DNA of 64,000 nucleotides, from positions 372,001 through 436,000 of the forward strand of contig CP128817.1 of assembly GCA_051546255.1 (NCBI GenBank). Direction: 5' to 3'. The DNA comes from Meyerozyma guilliermondii (Eukaryota). This document shows positions 28,160 through 37,985 of this stretch, piece by piece. The notes under the pieces were generated by a model that was given only the letters and a program-made list of their open reading frames with translations, had not been told where the DNA came from and did not search any database. A program made the position numbers and the translations under genes. Every line of letters begins with the position of its first letter. The first letter of the stretch is position 1.

Positions 28160-29929
28160 TTAGAGCAACATCGCAGCCACTCCAACCAAGAAGGCTCCAG
28201 AAGACAACACTGCTTTTCCAGCGGCACCAGTTTGCTCTGAGATTGATGGTGCAGCAACAGTCTCGATTGGAGAAGAGGAAGCACCGGACTCAATTGCAGT
28301 ACTTTGTCCAGCTACTGTAGCTGGATAAGCTTTGCTAGCGACAGGTGTGCTTGCAGGAGCTGGCACTGGAGCAGCAAACTGAATTGAGGCAGAAGCTTCA
28401 ATTGGTGTGTAAGCCTTAGTCGGAATTGGTGAAGCTTCAGTTGCAATTGGTGAAGCTTTAGCTCCTTCTGTGGCAGTTTGTGTTGTAGCAGGTGCAACTC
28501 CCGTAATGGTCTCCGTAACAATAGTCTTTTGCACAGAAGTGACAGGCACGGGCTCACACTTATTGCCCTCACACGATGTGATGGTGATAACAACGGTGGA
28601 CTCATAGGTTCCAGGAACCACGGTGGGAATGCCAGATGGTACCACAGTGGCTTCCTTACCTTGTGTGATTGGACAGTAAGTGGTGTAAGAAGTCTCACCT
28701 TCGGTAATCACGGTGACTCCAGTGGTGAAAGTCAATGGACAGTAAGTGGTGTGCACAATTTCAGACTCAGTGACGACAGTAACACCAGTAGTCAATGTAG
28801 CTTCAGTGCATTGTTCTTCGCACGAAGTTACAGTGACAATTGTAGAAGTTGAACAGGTTTCTGTAGTTGTCCAGTAATGAGGACCCACTGAGCTGGACGA
28901 TTCTGCGGTGGAGATAACAGAAGTAACTGAAAGTTTTGTGCTAGAAGCAGAACTTTCTTTGGAAGTCTCTGCTACAGAAGTTCTAGTCGAGGAACATTCT
29001 GTCGAGTGTTCTGTAGTGGAAGTTTCCGTAGTGGAAGTTTCGACAGTAGAACTCTTAACGGTTGAAGTTTCAACAGTAGAACTTTCGACAGTAGAAGTTT
29101 CGACAGTAGAACTTTCAACACTAGTAGTTTCGATAGTAGAACTTTCAACGGTAGAAGTTTCAACACTAGAACTTCCGAGAATAGAAGTTTCAACGCTAGA
29201 AGTTTCGACAGTAGAAGTTCCATGTGTTGAAGACTCTGCTACAGAAGTTTCTGTAGTGCAAGTCTCGATAGAAGAAGTTTCGTGTGTTGAAGTTTCGACG
29301 GTAGAAGAGTCCGCAGAAGTTTCCCGTGTTGGAGTTTCAGTCGTAGAAGTTCTTGTGGAAGAGGTATCTGCTACAGAGGTCTCTGTGGAAGACTCAACGG
29401 AAGAAACCACAGTAGTACTCGAGCTTCCTGTGGTAGTTCCAACAGTGGTTGAAGTAGACGTTGACTCAATACACAAGGTGGGAAACGTCTCTGTGGAACT
29501 GGTATCAGCAGTGCTTTCTGAAGTAGTTGTGGTACAATCAGTGGTAGAAAACTTTGGAGGAGTTGTATCCGACTTTGGAGGAACAAAGTCAGACTCTGTA
29601 GAACACGATTCAGATTTTGAAGTCACAGGCTTTGAGGAAGTCGATTCCGATGTTGCAGGAGTATCACTCTCTGGAACTGACACCTTTGTGGTAGTTGGGA
29701 ACGATCCAGAAGTAGTATCACAAGGTGTAGTTTGGTAAGGTGGAGTAGTTTGATAAGTTGAAGTAGTGTCACAAGGTGTAGTTTCGTAAGTTGGTGTAGG
29801 TTGATAAGTTGAAGTAGTGTCACAATCCTCGGTCTTTTGAGTAACAGGGGTTTTTCCCCAAGTGGCAGCTACGCCGGGAACAAACTGTGAGGCAACCAAT
29901 GCCTGGGCAACTAAAACAGAAATCTTCAT
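28160..29929 (-). CDS. Hwp1/Hwp2/Eap1-like GPI-anchored Ser/Thr-rich adhesin
   Basis: Signal peptide MKISVLVAQALVA; PCD-containing 17-aa repeats; STVE(S/T) pentapeptide array; TTGVTV..TTYCP and ITITSCEGNKC domains; GPI signal. Confidence 0.85.
   Translation of the reverse strand: MKISVLVAQALVASQFVPGVAATWGKTPVTQKTEDCDTTSTYQPTPTYETTPCDTTSTYQTTPPYQTTPCDTTSGSFPTTTKVSVPESDTPATSESTSSKPVTSKSESCSTESDFVPPKSDTTPPKFSTTDCTTTTSESTADTSSTETFPTLCIESTSTSTTVGTTTGSSSTTVVSSVESSTETSVADTSSTRTSTTETPTRETSADSSTVETSTHETSSIETCTTETSVAESSTHGTSTVETSSVETSILGSSSVETSTVESSTIETTSVESSTVETSTVESSTVETSTVKSSTVETSTTETSTTEHSTECSSTRTSVAETSKESSASSTKLSVTSVISTAESSSSVGPHYWTTTETCSTSTIVTVTSCEEQCTEATLTTGVTVVTESEIVHTTYCPLTFTTGVTVITEGETSYTTYCPITQGKEATVVPSGIPTVVPGTYESTVVITITSCEGNKCEPVPVTSVQKTIVTETITGVAPATTQTATEGAKASPIATEASPIPTKAYTPIEASASIQFAAPVPAPASTPVASKAYPATVAGQSTAIESGASSSPIETVAAPSISEQTGAAGKAVLSSGAFLVGVAAMLL
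28990..29360 (-). repeat. 15-bp tandem repeat array encoding STVE(T/S)
   Basis: Repeated GTAGAAGTTTCGACA / GTAGAACTTTCAAC units on the plus strand. Confidence 0.9.
29709..29825 (-). repeat. 51-bp tandem repeat (about 2.3 copies) encoding CDTTSTYQxTPxYxTTP
   Basis: GAAGTAGTRTCACAA recurs at 29709, 29760 and 29811. Confidence 0.9.
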
Positions 29930-30715
29930 CAAGCGAGTGTATTGAGGTTTTCTGAATAGCAAGCACCGAAGGGCTGTTTAAATAGTTTTGCAAATATTAG
30001 GCAGCGACCATTCTGAATACCGATTAGCACCACATAATAACCCAAAACATGAACTGGTCAACTCGAATGTACTTTTTTGGTTATTTTTCAGGGCCCAGAA
30101 GGTGTTGAAGCCGCTCGAGGTGGTGAGGTGCATGAAAATGTTGCAAAAAATTGTAAATCGGCGGCGGTTTATTGCGCGCACAAGCATGGTCGTCGCAACA
30201 TTCTCCAATGGAAGATAGACCTGAGATTGCTTGGCGTTCGTATCTATTCTTCGGTTAGGTTCGTTAAGCGTTGCAACCTATTGTTCGCGCTAAAACTGTA
30301 TAGTCAAACTTAAATGTTAAATCTTTTTCAAGTGAACTCCGACTGTAAGATATGAGAGGCTGGTTGTCAGGACCCTGTAATCAAGCAATTCAAGTTGATG
30401 ATCGCTTGCAAAGCTGTTACGCATGCGTAGGATTGCCCGAACGTGCATGTCATGGCTGCATGAAAGCTGCACAATCGTACTAAATGGTCGCCACTGGCAG
30501 CATGCGCAGACTTCTTATACAGGAACTACTTGCGCCTGCATCCGCACACCCATATTCAATGGGCTTCTAAATGAATCTTCTCCTGCATCTACTGCGTGAT
30601 TTCAATGCATAATGCGGCCTTTCATGCAAGTTGTGCCTGCAGCAAAACGCACATATTTACAAAAGATTCAAAATTAGACAAAGCCTTCATTTAACCAAGG
30701 AATCATTTATACGAG

Positions 30716-32989
30716 CTATACTTCATTTTTCAAAAGCCCAGTGTCAGACTCGTCGTCGCTCGTGTTCGCTTCTTCGCTGCTCTCAGCTTCGCTTTCTTCG
30801 CTTTCTTCACTTTCTTCGATCTCTTCATCGTCGCTTTCTTCACTGCTACCACTATCGCTGCTTTCGTCACTCTCGGATTCCTCGGCAAAAAATTCATCTA
30901 GACTTTGTAGCTTGTAGGTTCTTTTCTGCGTGGATGCAACTTTACTAGAGGCACTTTGTTGCGAGGAAATTGCCGAAAAATTGCCCGCTGGAGGCGAAAC
31001 TGTAGCATTTGAAAATGCCAGTACTTTTGGCTGAACTACGGGCAATTCTTCCCTAATTGAAGCAGCAGGAAGTCTTTCGGGGTCAGACCAGGCATCAGTC
31101 TCAAAATATGGATCAATTGAGTTAGCCTCGGTAGACTTCCCCATTTTAGGTATGGGCTTTGGAACTTGGAAAAATAAAGCTGCTAGTTCTTTGTTGCTAT
31201 TGTCTGGTGATAATAACACATTAAACATTCGTGCTCGGTCACGGGTATCGTATGAGTCGTCGTATTTGGCCAAGTGAAGAACATGTTGAACCATTTGAAA
31301 TATCACTTGGTTTGCATATTCATCTGAGGATTGGTGATCCTGATTTTGAGAGTAAACTTTCGCGGCTAAAACCAATATTTGATACCTCACCGGCGCCGAT
31401 TCAGAGCTATAAGTCTTGAGTAGACGACGGAGAACATCAGGACCTATCATGTTGTCCGTGGCTCCGGTGAACTCTCCAATAATCCATATAACTGTGGACT
31501 TGGCGTCATCGTCCCATTCTATATCCTCGTCCAATATGAGCGATAAATGGTAAATAGCTTTGGTTATCTCAAGCCGATCTTCCCCCTTGGCTTGTTTTTG
31601 TTGAATTAAAAATCTGATAACCGTAAGCAATTCACTCGTAAGCGAGACATCCATATGGTGCAACTGCTGGAGAGCCCATTTGAGCACTGCTCTTGTCCAC
31701 TCAGGAGAGAGTTGTGAGCAGCGACCTAAAGCTTTGATACTTTGATATGCGATTTCGGGTCTGTAGTTCAAAGATGTGTACTTCAATTCCGCAATGATGA
31801 ACTTTGCGTTGTCTTCATTAATCAAGCTGGAAAGTATTTCCAACTTGTGCTGGGCAACTGAAGTGGAATCAGTTGAAAATAGGAAGAATCGTTTATAGTA
31901 TGGCTGAAATACCAGCTTGTCAGCATCGATGATTATACGTATTGTAATCAACGCAAAATCTATCAGTTGTCTCAGTTTATTGGCCGAGGTGAGATTGACC
32001 AATGCCTTGTTGACTTGGTACTCTGTGAAGTACTTTGGAGGAGCTAAAGCTAATAACGCTCTGCTGATAGCTATGATAACAACTTCATGTCGGGTGTATA
32101 CTAATGGCTTTAATGCTGTGAGGAAGAGCTCGAGATCCTTGTCCGCAATCACTTCATACTCTTGATTTGGAATATCAGAATAATGAACAGGAAGCTCTAT
32201 TTCCTGATTTTGAAACAATAATGTGGGTTTAGGAAGAAACTTGCGACAGTAGTCGGTCAAAATGTCAATCAAAAACACCTGTCCCCACTCATCCATTTCG
32301 GAAACTATTCGGCAGAGCCGGCGGAAATTACCATGAATTGGTTCCCATCTTTTCGATACTTGCGTTCTCACCTTGTAGTATGTCTTTATGGCTGTCTCAA
32401 CTACGCTGGTTTCAGCATCACTGAGAAGCTTGGCCAAGTATCCAAATAGTTGTGGCCTGTCTATATCTTCTATCTCCATGGCATTACCGATAGCTACTGC
32501 CGCTGCCAGTCGAACTGCTGCAGAAGGGTCCGAAACTACCTTTTTTATGCTGAGAAGAAGAATGGGTACCACAGAATTGATGCGAATATTGGATAAAGTC
32601 TTGATGGCAGTACATCGCAAGCGGATATTTTTCAGGCTCAATAATTTCTGGATCGAATTGATCGACAAAAGAGCAGTTTCAGGTTCAACATCTGCATACC
32701 TAGAAAGGTAGAACATCACCAAAACATTGATTTTATCAACCGACGAGGTGATATTCTTCACCACATCCGCAAAATAAGGCGCTACGTCTTCTCCCCGTGA
32801 CGAAAGCGAAATTACACACCTCATTCCGCGTAAAACTTCGTTGTCATTTCTGGAGTTTAAGAGCTTAGCAATTTCTTGTGGTCTTTTGGCGCTGGGAATA
32901 TCGGTGAGCCTCGATGATGCTGATGACTCGAGCTCAATATTGAGATCACGAGCCAACATGCTGGATATTTTGCTGAACGATTCTGCCAT
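30716..32989 (-). CDS. APL6: AP-3 adaptor complex beta subunit
   Basis: YFADVVKNI, ETALLSINSIQK and LAKYDDSYDTRDRARM adaptin motifs; KLQSLDEFF plus acidic tail. Confidence 0.93.
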   Translation of the reverse strand: MAESFSKISSMLARDLNIELESSASSRLTDIPSAKRPQEIAKLLNSRNDNEVLRGMRCVISLSSRGEDVAPYFADVVKNITSSVDKINVLVMFYLSRYADVEPETALLSINSIQKLLSLKNIRLRCTAIKTLSNIRINSVVPILLLSIKKVVSDPSAAVRLAAAVAIGNAMEIEDIDRPQLFGYLAKLLSDAETSVVETAIKTYYKVRTQVSKRWEPIHGNFRRLCRIVSEMDEWGQVFLIDILTDYCRKFLPKPTLLFQNQEIELPVHYSDIPNQEYEVIADKDLELFLTALKPLVYTRHEVVIIAISRALLALAPPKYFTEYQVNKALVNLTSANKLRQLIDFALITIRIIIDADKLVFQPYYKRFFLFSTDSTSVAQHKLEILSSLINEDNAKFIIAELKYTSLNYRPEIAYQSIKALGRCSQLSPEWTRAVLKWALQQLHHMDVSLTSELLTVIRFLIQQKQAKGEDRLEITKAIYHLSLILDEDIEWDDDAKSTVIWIIGEFTGATDNMIGPDVLRRLLKTYSSESAPVRYQILVLAAKVYSQNQDHQSSDEYANQVIFQMVQHVLHLAKYDDSYDTRDRARMFNVLLSPDNSNKELAALFFQVPKPIPKMGKSTEANSIDPYFETDAWSDPERLPAASIREELPVVQPKVLAFSNATVSPPAGNFSAISSQQSASSKVASTQKRTYKLQSLDEFFAEESESDESSDSGSSEESDDEEIEESEESEESEAESSEEANTSDDESDTGLLKNEV

Positions 32990-33072
32990 TCTTGCAAGAC
33001 TCACTGCAGATTGAACTCAAATGTTCGAAATACTGTATTCTGATTATGTAATCGCCTTTCCGACGGCTGCAA

Positions 33073-36000
33073 CTAACTACTTTTGGACTTCAACTTCTTG
33101 GTTGCTTTTTTGAGTCTCGTGCCCATAGCGAGTTCTTTGCTTGACTGCAAAGCCTCTTGCGGGAAGAACTCTCCTATAGTAGATTGAGTTCCGTGTTGTT
33201 TTTTACGGTTCATATCGCGAATCAATGGAACCATAACTTCGTCAACTCGGCTCTGCGACCAGCCAACATTATACATGAGAAACGATCTGATTTGATCCAA
33301 GTTTGGAACTCCCCATCTGAAGGGAGTAGTATCGTCGTCGACTTCGGGATTCAAATATGCATCAAAAACAACTGTATCTGGGAAGGAATTGGGTAAGAAG
33401 AGCTTTCCATTCTTCACTCTGTTGAGTAGACTTTTCTTCAATGGGCTCAATTCTGACTCATCGACAACAGAAATGCTATTTTTGTCGAGCCAATTCTTAA
33501 AGTTTGTCAAATTTGAAAATTCTGCTAAAATCTCCACTGCCATAACAGGTCCAATCCCCTTGATACCTTCTGTATAGTCACTACCAAGAAGTAGAGCCAA
33601 TTCAATTAAGTTTTTCTGATCGAGTCCCACTTTATGGCTGATCTCATCGATAAAGTAGCATTCCACATACTGCTTTTGATTAAACATATTTTTGTAAACT
33701 TTTTGGCCCCCAAAAAGAAAGCAATCACTGTCGTCCGTGATGATCCCATCGACTAAACCTAGCTTCATGAGCTCCGCGCATTGAGCTTCTGCTTCCATTG
33801 GAGCCGTGATATATGGTATACCGAATCGCTTGAGAAGCTCTTGTACATCTCTTATCATGGTTTCCGTAACTTCATCAGAGTCTCGCTTCGCTTTATTGTA
33901 TTGCTCTTGAAGCATTTGCTCGTCGCTGATACTGGTAGCTGTAATGGGGATTTCAGCAGCTTTGAGGAAGTCCGATTTTAATCTTTCATGATCAGCATCC
34001 TCATCTCTCATTTGCTTGAGAAGCTTTTGTTCGTCGTCCTCTTCAAAATCATAGTCTAGCAATTGAGCCTTCCTTTTGTCCTGACCTTCAGCATCTTGGG
34101 CCGTGAGTACTTTTGATTCCTTAGCCTCATTTGTCTCTGTTACCACTTCAGATGGCACTTCAGGAAGATTCTCGCCCTCATTAACTATTTCAACATCTGA
34201 ATCACCTTCGTCTTTGACCTCATCTTCGGTGACTTTCCTTGCCTCATCGACTATTTCAACATCTGATTCACGGTCGTCTCCACCTTCATCTTCGACTTCC
34301 TCTTCAATGATATCCTTTGCTTCGTTCCAAGGTATCAAACCTGCCGCTACATCTTCCAGCTCCTTTTGTTTCCTAGAGCTGGTCTCCTGAGTCGGACCCT
34401 CAATGTATGGATTATTCTTGGCAGAGACTTCCTCGTTAAACCAGAACGGGACCTCGTTTCGCTGATTAATGGGACTTTTTTGTGATTCGATTTCTTCGAC
34501 TTCATCCTCTTCTACCTCCGGTAACTTCTTCGACTCGGTTTCAGGCTCCGGAAGGGGCCGTGTAGTTGCCTGCTTGGGCTCAGATTTCTCATTGGTTGTC
34601 TCAATTTTCTTATCCTTGTTGCCTAGCAAAAAAGAATCACCCAACGAAAAATCAAAAGGTTTAGAGGAACTCGACTCTTTTCGCTGCACTTTTTGGCGTT
34701 TGGCCTGTTGCGAGGGCTCGGATTTCATTTCATCGTCAAAATTATTGTTCCAGTTGAATATGCCACCCGTACTGGTTTGCTCTTGCGTTCTTAATGCTTG
34801 CAATTCTTGTTTCGATTCTTCGATAGCTCTCTTCAAATCTTTTTCATAAGCCAGTTTTGACGATTGCTGCTCACCATCAGTATATTGGTTGTAGATTGAC
34901 TCCACGATGGCTTTCAGAACATTATCGTTTTCGTCACCTTCGATAGGAACATCCTCTAGTTCCAAATCGTCATCATCGTCATCAAAATCTTGCGGCGGGT
35001 TTACGATGATTTGGGATCTTTGTGGGCGCTTGGGGCTACGCTTGAACTGGCCCGTGGCTCGGTCGAAATGCAAATCCCGTGAATCTCCATCAGCAAGTTG
35101 TGAGTCGAAATCTAGATCGATAGGTTTGGAGATAGTCCCTTCATGATCCTTTCCTTGCAATTTGAGCACCCATCCGCTCTCGTTTTTGGTCAACGCATAC
35201 TTTCTATCCTTATCGCCTGCAATACGTCTTTCTGCGTTACCATTTTCACCCATTCCACTTACATCCATCAAGCGCTGAGTGAAGAAATTTCGCTTCTGGA
35301 CCTCTCTAATTTGAAACTTCGAAAAATCCATGCTATTAGGAAAGAGCGATTCAAGCTGCTCCTTGCTGAATCCCATTCTCAATCGAGACCGCAAACGCAA
35401 ATGAGACAAGATCATGTACTGGGTCGGCAAGGGAAGTTTTGCAAACTCTGGCGAGGCGGGGTCCACAGTATTGATATTTACTCCATCAACATAGTTACTG
35501 TCGAGCCCAATTTCACCTAAAAACTCCTCTTCGGGCATCAAACGGCCATCATCTCGTTCTGACCGAAACGAATCGAGATGAGGGAGATGAAACTCATCGT
35601 TTTTTCGAAACCTGGTGCCTTCTTTGAGGTTTTCTGTGCTGTTTTCTGTGCTAATGTCTGGGCGGTTATTTGATGTTTCTTGGGTCTCCTTTTGGTGACT
35701 AGGGTGTAAATTTTGGAGATCGTCCAAGTAGACAGTATCACCTGTATTTACTGATTGGGGTGTTTTACCTTCAGATGCAGAAGCAGATGCCTCACCATTG
35801 AGCCTGGGTCTTTTTTTCAGTCGTTCTGCTAGTTTCTGGACTTGGATGGCAAGTAATTTTCGAGCAGTTTCAATGGTACTTTCAGTCTTTCCCTGTCTTC
35901 TTTCACGTCGTTTCAAAATGGTTTGGCGCTTCAACGCCGGTGCTCCTCCATCAAACACAAACACCGGCAAGATGCCAAAGTACAATAATTTGCATATCCG

Positions 36001-36180
36001 TCGAAAGAAACCAACAATATGAGATTGGGGCAAAGAATTGCCATCACTATCTCGAACGGCTTTCAAGAACTGATATATCCAGATAGATGCATCCACTGCC
36101 AATTTCTTTCTTGATAGAGATTCTAGCCGAACTGGCCTCGCCGTAGGGCCCACAATGTCCCAAAGCGAGTTAACACCCAT
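33073..36180 (-). CDS. RAD2: XPG-family nucleotide-excision-repair endonuclease
   Basis: MGVNSLWDIV...LAVDASIWIYQF N-domain; APMEAEAQCA, TDDSD and LLGSDYTEGIKGIGPV I-domain. Confidence 0.97.
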   Translation of the reverse strand: MGVNSLWDIVGPTARPVRLESLSRKKLAVDASIWIYQFLKAVRDSDGNSLPQSHIVGFFRRICKLLYFGILPVFVFDGGAPALKRQTILKRRERRQGKTESTIETARKLLAIQVQKLAERLKKRPRLNGEASASASEGKTPQSVNTGDTVYLDDLQNLHPSHQKETQETSNNRPDISTENSTENLKEGTRFRKNDEFHLPHLDSFRSERDDGRLMPEEEFLGEIGLDSNYVDGVNINTVDPASPEFAKLPLPTQYMILSHLRLRSRLRMGFSKEQLESLFPNSMDFSKFQIREVQKRNFFTQRLMDVSGMGENGNAERRIAGDKDRKYALTKNESGWVLKLQGKDHEGTISKPIDLDFDSQLADGDSRDLHFDRATGQFKRSPKRPQRSQIIVNPPQDFDDDDDDLELEDVPIEGDENDNVLKAIVESIYNQYTDGEQQSSKLAYEKDLKRAIEESKQELQALRTQEQTSTGGIFNWNNNFDDEMKSEPSQQAKRQKVQRKESSSSKPFDFSLGDSFLLGNKDKKIETTNEKSEPKQATTRPLPEPETESKKLPEVEEDEVEEIESQKSPINQRNEVPFWFNEEVSAKNNPYIEGPTQETSSRKQKELEDVAAGLIPWNEAKDIIEEEVEDEGGDDRESDVEIVDEARKVTEDEVKDEGDSDVEIVNEGENLPEVPSEVVTETNEAKESKVLTAQDAEGQDKRKAQLLDYDFEEDDEQKLLKQMRDEDADHERLKSDFLKAAEIPITATSISDEQMLQEQYNKAKRDSDEVTETMIRDVQELLKRFGIPYITAPMEAEAQCAELMKLGLVDGIITDDSDCFLFGGQKVYKNMFNQKQYVECYFIDEISHKVGLDQKNLIELALLLGSDYTEGIKGIGPVMAVEILAEFSNLTNFKNWLDKNSISVVDESELSPLKKSLLNRVKNGKLFLPNSFPDTVVFDAYLNPEVDDDTTPFRWGVPNLDQIRSFLMYNVGWSQSRVDEVMVPLIRDMNRKKQHGTQSTIGEFFPQEALQSSKELAMGTRLKKATKKLKSKSS

Positions 36181-36308
36181 GGCAACTACGATTCAAGATT
36201 TCACATTTGCAGCTCAGCTGAGATTATATGCAGATACTAACGTGGGGAAAATTGAGCATAGAAATCACCACGAGGTATACCGAAGTAGATTCGCAAAAGT
36301 TGCCAAGT

Positions 36309-37058
36309 ATGAGCCAAAATGATATGCATCAGGTGGATGCTGATACACAGTTGGATATTTTGCCCATGGTTGCAGCCCACTCCCAGCATAAGGAAGGTGA
36401 AGATGGACGAGAAAATGGCCAGAAAGATGTCTATTCTCATCTATACATGAAAGCACACCTTCCCAAAACCATCCAGTATGTGCCGCCACTCAACTTTTCA
36501 TTGGTAGAAGATGGGATTTATCGCTCAGGATTCCCAATGCCCATTAATTATCCATTTTTGGAGCGATTGGAATTGAAGACTATAATATATTTAGGTGATT
36601 TGGGCCAGGAAAAGAAGGAGAAGAAGCAAAAGAAGGACAAGGAAAAAGAAAAGGAAAAGGATAAGAACACCACATTGGAGGTTCTTGCAAACTACAAGCA
36701 GTGGATAGACTCCACTGATATCACTTTCCACCATTTAATGATGGAATCATCTCAAGAACCATTTTTGAACCAAGATAGAATAAAACAAGCCCAGGAATCT
36801 CTCACCACGGCACTACAATTGATGCTTGATCGCAACAATTTTCCCATGCTCATCCATTCGAATAAGGGGAAGCATCGTATAGGCGTACTTGTGGGTCTTA
36901 TGCGTAAGATTCTCCAAGGTTGGTGCATGAGTGGTATCTTTGAAGAATACGAGAAGTTTGCCATGGGCAAGTCGGAGATAGATTTGGAATTTATTGAATT
37001 GTGGCAACCTGAGCTCTGGGTCGATGATAAATGGCGGCCCGACTTTGTCAGGTGCTAG
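36309..37058 (+). CDS. OCA2: Oca2-like Siw14-family pseudophosphatase
   Basis: VPPLNFSLVEDGIYRSGFP; P-loop HSNKGKHR with Ser (TCG) in place of the catalytic Cys. Start uncertain (36228, 36309 or later). Confidence 0.82.
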   Translation: MSQNDMHQVDADTQLDILPMVAAHSQHKEGEDGRENGQKDVYSHLYMKAHLPKTIQYVPPLNFSLVEDGIYRSGFPMPINYPFLERLELKTIIYLGDLGQEKKEKKQKKDKEKEKEKDKNTTLEVLANYKQWIDSTDITFHHLMMESSQEPFLNQDRIKQAQESLTTALQLMLDRNNFPMLIHSNKGKHRIGVLVGLMRKILQGWCMSGIFEEYEKFAMGKSEIDLEFIELWQPELWVDDKWRPDFVRC

Positions 37059-37060
37059 CT

Positions 37061-37828
37061 TTACATACTATTTTTCATTTCTCTTAATCGGCTCATCACC
37101 TCGACGGGATTTGTTGCTCCGGTGGCCTTTTTCACAGCAGAATCTCCCAATCTCATGAACGGATTGAACTCAAGTTCGTCGCCAATAGTGAACTTTCCTG
37201 TGGTACATTCGTTTTTGTTGGTGAAATCAACCAACTTCTTCATCGCATCATTGTTCAAAATTGTCTGTGAAAACTTGACGTTCGACCCGGTGTATTCGTG
37301 TCCAGGGTATACACGAGTATCCTTAGGAAGTTTACCCAAAATTCCATTCAACGCCTTATCCATTTCCTCGCCGGTACCCTCGAAGAATCTACCACACCCA
37401 CTTATGAACAATGTATCACCTGTGAACACTGCTCTTTCGTTGGTTTTGTTATCCACCACATAGAAACACACCGAGTCTTGGGTGTGGCATGGTGTATGCA
37501 AAGCCGTGATGGAAAGGTCGTCTCCCAAATCTATGATCTCCTCGTGTGAGGGGGTGTATGTTACCAAAGGTGAATCTTTGCCGGCAATTATTGGCAAATC
37601 AGGGTACAACTTATGGAATGCTTGGTTTCCACCTGCGTGATCGTAATGATGATGTGTGTTCACAATGGCTTTAAGTTCATAATTCAACTTGGATTTCGCC
37701 AAAAATTGTTGAACTTCCTCAGGCTCCGCGGGATCGATTAACCATGCATTTTTCGTTGGCTGGTCAAGAAGCAAGTAGGCGTAGTTGTTCCCACTGCCCC
37801 ATCTCATAGGAATTGAAGTGACATGCAT
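37061..37828 (-). CDS. GLO2: Hydroxyacylglutathione hydrolase (glyoxalase II)
   Basis: THHHYDHAGGN metallo-beta-lactamase motif, TPCHTQDS, FTGDTLFISGCGRFFEG and YPGHEYT. In-frame upstream ATGs at 37870 and 37924. Confidence 0.95.
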   Translation of the reverse strand: MHVTSIPMRWGSGNNYAYLLLDQPTKNAWLIDPAEPEEVQQFLAKSKLNYELKAIVNTHHHYDHAGGNQAFHKLYPDLPIIAGKDSPLVTYTPSHEEIIDLGDDLSITALHTPCHTQDSVCFYVVDNKTNERAVFTGDTLFISGCGRFFEGTGEEMDKALNGILGKLPKDTRVYPGHEYTGSNVKFSQTILNNDAMKKLVDFTNKNECTTGKFTIGDELEFNPFMRLGDSAVKKATGATNPVEVMSRLREMKNSM

Positions 37829-37985
37829 TTTTCTACAGAACGATAAGAAATGTTTGGATGTCAGGGCCATAAAGATCGCAAGCAATGATGGCGCCGTCTT
37901 ATGCGATCTAAAACATCCGGACATTTTACCCAATTATTAGTTTGCCTTATGTAAGGATTTTTGTGGAGTCACAAGTAAGCTCTAG

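Noticed and set aside
28908..29738. 276-aa antisense VEVST-repeat ORF
   Set aside because: Mirror of the STVET repeat array of the adhesin.
36235..36261. TACTAAC...TAG upstream of OCA2
   Set aside because: No GT donor in the short gap to the divergent RAD2 start, so an intron is unsupported.
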